DNA of 64,000 nt, taken from assembly GCA_903813345.2 (NCBI GenBank), contig CAIIXF020000001.1:18476001-18540000 (forward strand), given 5' to 3'. Positions within the stretch are counted from its first letter, which is position 1. The number at the start of each line of letters is the position of its first letter. This stretch comes from Owenia fusiformis (Eukaryota). Both the position numbers and the translations under genes were made by a program. Below, one piece after another: positions 59,901 through 64,000 of this stretch. The notes under the pieces were generated by a model. The model was given only the letters and a program-made list of their open reading frames with translations. It ran no database searches and was not told where the DNA came from.

Positions 59901-61125
59901 GTACTGGGCTTTTGCATTTTTCTATATTTTCAGCTCAGTGGTACCAGGCTCTTGCAGTTTTCTATATTTTCAGCTCAGTGGTACTAGGCTCTTGCAGTTT
60001 TCTATATTTTCATGTCAGTGTACCAGACTCTGGGAGTTAATTTGATATTTTCATTTCAGTGGTACCAGACTCTGGAATTTAATTTGATATTTCTGTGTCA
60101 GTGGTACCAGACTCTGGAATTTAATTCTATATTTTCTGGTCAGTGGTACCAGGTTCTTACAGTTTTCTATATTTTCAGGTCAGTGGTACCAGACTCTGGC
60201 AGTTAATTCTATATTTTCAGGTCAGTGGTACCAGGCTCTTGCATTTTTCTATATTTTCAGCTCAGTGGTACCAGGCTCTTGCAGTTTTCTATATTTTCAG
60301 CTCAGTGGTACCAGACTCTGGCAGTTAATTCTATATATTTCATGTCAGTGGTACCAGGTTCTTACAGTTTTCTATATTTTCGTGTCAGTGGTACCAGGTT
60401 CTGGCAGTTTTCTATATTTTCAGGTCAGTGGTACCAGGCTCTTGCAGTTTTCTATATTTTTATGTCAGTGGTACTAGGCTCTTACAGTTTTCTATATTTT
60501 CATGTCAGTGGTACCGGGCTTTTGCATCTTTCTATATTTTCAGCTCAGTGGTACCAGGCTGATGCAGTTTTCTATATTTTCAGCTCAGTGGTACTAGGCT
60601 CTTGCAGTTTTCTATATTTTCATGTCAGTGGTACTTGACTCTTGTAGTTTTCTATATTTTCAGGTCAGTGGTACCAGGTTCTGGCAGTTAATTTGTGAGT
60701 TATGTATCAACCCTCAAAACTTTTTTGCGAACTGCTTCGTGCACAACATGTGTCCTTTGGCTTTTATGACACATTCCGGTAAAAATGTCACACCCCCTCA
60801 GCTTGGAAAAGAACAACTTGCTTCACTCAATGCTGCTTGCGATGAGGCAATATGCGACATCATAAGAATCCTGAATGTGAAATATGTGATAGGTGTTGGG
60901 AAATTTGCTGAGATAAGGGTTAAAAAAGCCCTGTTGTCTAAAGGAAATATGCCAACTGGATTAAGAGTTAGTAGTATAATGCACCCAAGTCCGATTAACC
61001 CTGCAGCTAATAAAGGATGGGTCAACATAGCCAAGGGACAGCTAGAAGAAATGGGGCTGATACATATTATTACTAACGGTGCTTTGTGTGAAATGGAGCC
61101 TGCAGAAACTACACCTGGAATTTGA
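56923..61125 (+). CDS. SMUG1: Single-strand selective monofunctional uracil-DNA glycosylase with a long N-terminal extension (3 coding exons, ~685 aa)
   Basis: Exons 56923-58398, 58859-58978 and 60664-61125, all phase 0. Motifs YIYNPLNYA, LLGMNPGPWGMSQNGVPFG, EHPQRPIHGL, EVSGTRFW, CFVHNMCPL, IGVGKFAE, IMHPSPINPAANKGW. An acceptor at 56872 implies an upstream non-coding exon. Confidence 0.93.
59285..60690 (+). repeat. ~34 x 39-43-bp tandem repeat made of the SMUG1 intron-2 acceptor plus the start of exon 3, with a ~650-bp higher-order duplication
   Basis: Unit TTTCTATATTTTCAG|GTCAGTGGTACCAGG(C/T)TCT(T/G)GCAGT; the last copy (acceptor ending at 60663) continues into the conserved coding sequence. 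Confidence 0.95.
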
Positions 61126-61865
61126 TGAACCTTATGACTCTGTTTTGTATGGTGACTGTTGTACAATGTTCTTGGATTGTGGAGAGTGCCGGTCTGTCTG
61201 TTCCTGAGTTTGTGGAAATGGTACGTTATTTATTTTCATATTAATGGGCAAGTGTATACTGTAATATAACTTTTGGGATGAACATCTACCAGAAAAATAT
61301 AATTTGATTTTTATTTTAAATAAGGATGTTGATTTGTACCCTAATGTTTTGCCCATATGTTAATACATATCTAGTTACTGAAAATCTTGTCGGCCAGAAA
61401 CATATACATGGCCCAATATGTGGCAATACCCCCTTTCCATGGCTCAATATGTGGCAATACCCCATTTCCATGGGCCTGGTTCAAGGCGTGTGTGGGTGCT
61501 TGTATGACTCTTAGCTGAGGAATCAATTGTGTTTAATTCTGAAGGTTGGTTGCTCTGTTGATTATTCCAATATTTTGGCAATAACATACCCAGAAGTTAT
61601 TCTCAAGATATATCCATGGTATGTGAGATATTATATGAGCAATAATAATGTGACTTAATTGATTGTCTGGTTGAGAAACCTATGGTATAGTGCATCTTTA
61701 ACAACAAGGACATCCCTAACAGAACTTTTTAATGATACCAGCCAGGATGATCAAGCCTTGTTACCAGGGCATCCCTATTTTAAGCGGACTCTTACAGATT
61801 AAGATGCTCTCAAATGACACCGTGGCATCAGGATGTGCATATTAGATTTACAAAGTTGGAAGTAT

Positions 61866-62020
61866 ATAGAGGATATCCTATGGTTTATGACTGATATGAT
61901 TTTTATCCACAAATGGATATGATATCTGCACGAGCGAATGTAGCGAGAGAGTGCAGATATCATATATCCATGAGTGGATTAAAATCGAATCACGAGTAAA
62001 TCATAGGATGTTCTTTTTAT
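61866..62020. repeat. ~155-bp imperfect hairpin, probably a palindromic MITE
   Basis: ATCCTATGGTTTA...ATCCAC...ATGGATATGATATCTGCAC [loop] GTGCAGATATCATATATCCAT...GTGGAT...TAAATCATAGGAT. Confidence 0.65.
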
Positions 62021-64000
62021 TCCATAGTTAAAGTCATCATCAGAATCGTCGGAAATTAAGTGATTTAATTCAAATTTTCCAAACGATCCGGTGATGTTGA
62101 CACCTGAAGTAGCAAAAATCCATAATTCATGTCATGGCTTAAACACCGTATGCTATGGTTAAGTGAAAATTTGTCAAAAAATATCATATTTTACCACTGA
62201 TTACAAAAATACCGTTTTTATTTTGACATGTTATCATATGAATATCATGCAAACTAATGGAATAAATAGTATTATGATATGTTTTGAACCATATGATACA
62301 CAAGGAGATCATCTAAAACCAATATCAAATGTTTTACACCACACAAACCAACATTTGAAGCTTTCAAAAAAGCATATATGGCAACATTTGGAATCGATTG
62401 TTTGTATTATGTTAAAGGGTGACACATATCGGTTAGAAAATCGAATGCTCATATCTGGTGTTGCTCACTGTTTAGTATAAAAGGCCTGATCCCGGAATAA
62501 TACAACTCAAGGGTTCATAGGATCGAGGTCATTGTGTCAACACCTCTAACTGTTATATAGCATAAGTATATAATAGATCATCACACATTTATAAAAGGGA
62601 GATTTTTGTTTTGACAAATCAATTTCACATTTATTGGTGAAGTTTCAGGATCTTCTATTTGTGTATAATAAGGAAAAATTTCGCCGTAACATAATAGTAC
62701 ACAGCTTGGCATATGAAAAAATATCCTCCAAATGAAACAAAGCAGTTCTAATACAAGAATTTATATTGGCTGTTGTACATGCATTCTTTGAACTCTCTAA
62801 ATAATGTTTTCAGAATCATAATAAACGGATTACTTTATCTCCAAGACAATTTACAAAACTCCCCTTATTTCTTCAAAATGGACTGATCCAGTTGACTCGC
62901 CTGGAACCCCCATATTGTTTTTATACGGGAAGCTTATTGGAACTTAGCTGGTAACACTAGAATACAACAATGACATCAGTTGAAAGCTGAAATGAATTTG
63001 CACATAAGGCAACACGATTTGATAAGTAATCGAATAAAATCACATTGTCAAGTTAAGTAGTAACATTTAAAATTAAATGTTTGTATTTTTTTAAAGGTTT
63101 CAATGATACATCAATGACTCACCCTTTACTGTGGAAATAAGAATTCAAATATTAAGACTCTTTAACATGTAATCCAATGGGCATTGGAAATTTTTGATAT
63201 CCTGAGAATGTTTGACAACTGAAAGGTATATTGAATGTCTAAATAAGCACATATGAATAAGCACAAATGGCAACATTTGAAATCACTTGTTTATACTTTA
63301 GGTTTTTGAATATGGAATGTGCATAATTTAGATTTTATCAGTTTATGTCATACAAGGCAACATTTGAAATGAAGTTTGAACCAGAAGTAGCAAACGTGGC
63401 AATATTTAAAATTACATGTATACATTTGTTATGTTAAAAAATAGAATAGGCTAAAGGCATAATCTATTTGCGCCAGAGGAATATATAAAATAATGTTTCA
63501 ATTAGCACCATCCATCCACAAATAGCAGTTTAGAAAACAATTTTTTATGTTCTATCAAGGTTTTATATACTCTAAAAGAACTTCATGAAAAAAGTGTATT
63601 TAATTTTATATGAAAAAGTTCTTATAATCATAATTTCAAGAAAACAAAAATCATAGGTCAAATGTAATTTTTATTTTTTGTATAGTAAGTGCAAAAACCA
63701 AATTAAACTAAAATTTTCATGTGATACCACAGAATTTATATACATGCCCTTTAAACTTGTCAAATCATTGCTCATATTCTATTGCATGAAGCATATGATT
63801 CTTGTGACTGACTCACACCGGAAAAGCCTGACAATGGTAAAGTCAGATACCGTTGTCACAAATGACGGACATAACCGTCGCTTCAACTGTTTAATCACTT
63901 GGTCCTCATTTCATGGGATTTATCCTCGCTAATTCTGTGCATGTATTAGGCTCTTGTGATGATGTTTCATATGAAATCCCAATTTCGATCAAATTTGGTC

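Noticed and set aside
59616-60638. Overlapping ORFs in the SMUG1 intron array, and likewise 7970-8448, 14392-15194 and 34328-34579
   Set aside because: These are by-products of stop-poor tandem repeats; the same peptide rotates through all three frames.
61200-64000. A further gene at the right end of the window
   Set aside because: Only short AT-rich ORFs and repeat fragments are present; I could not find a phase-consistent exon chain.

Overview
Eukaryotic, AT-rich, intron-rich animal genomic DNA, probably from a marine invertebrate (an inference from repeat style only). I reconstructed six conserved spliced genes by reading GT-AG junctions and checking phase: HIBADH (-), LNPK/lunapark (-), GTF2F1/RAP74 (+), FBXO4 (-), RPL37 (+, hosting two U31/SNORD31-type C/D snoRNAs) and SMUG1 (+, with a ~400-aa N-terminal extension). 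A probable unrecognised nested antisense gene for a small single-pass membrane protein lies inside LNPK intron 4. The first ~8.5 kb is satellite and transposon debris. Introns carry many non-autonomous DNA transposons (Tc1/mariner-, Kolobok-, Transib- and Helentron-like) and one 5'-truncated CR1/L2 LINE. The most unusual structure is tandem arrays built from the genes' own splice junctions: 9 copies of an exon end plus donor in HIBADH, and about 34 copies of an acceptor plus exon start in SMUG1, about 10 of which read CAG|GTCAGT like recursive-splicing ratchet points. HIBADH, LNPK and SMUG1 are each Hox-cluster neighbours in vertebrates. All coordinates were counted by eye; no database searches were run.
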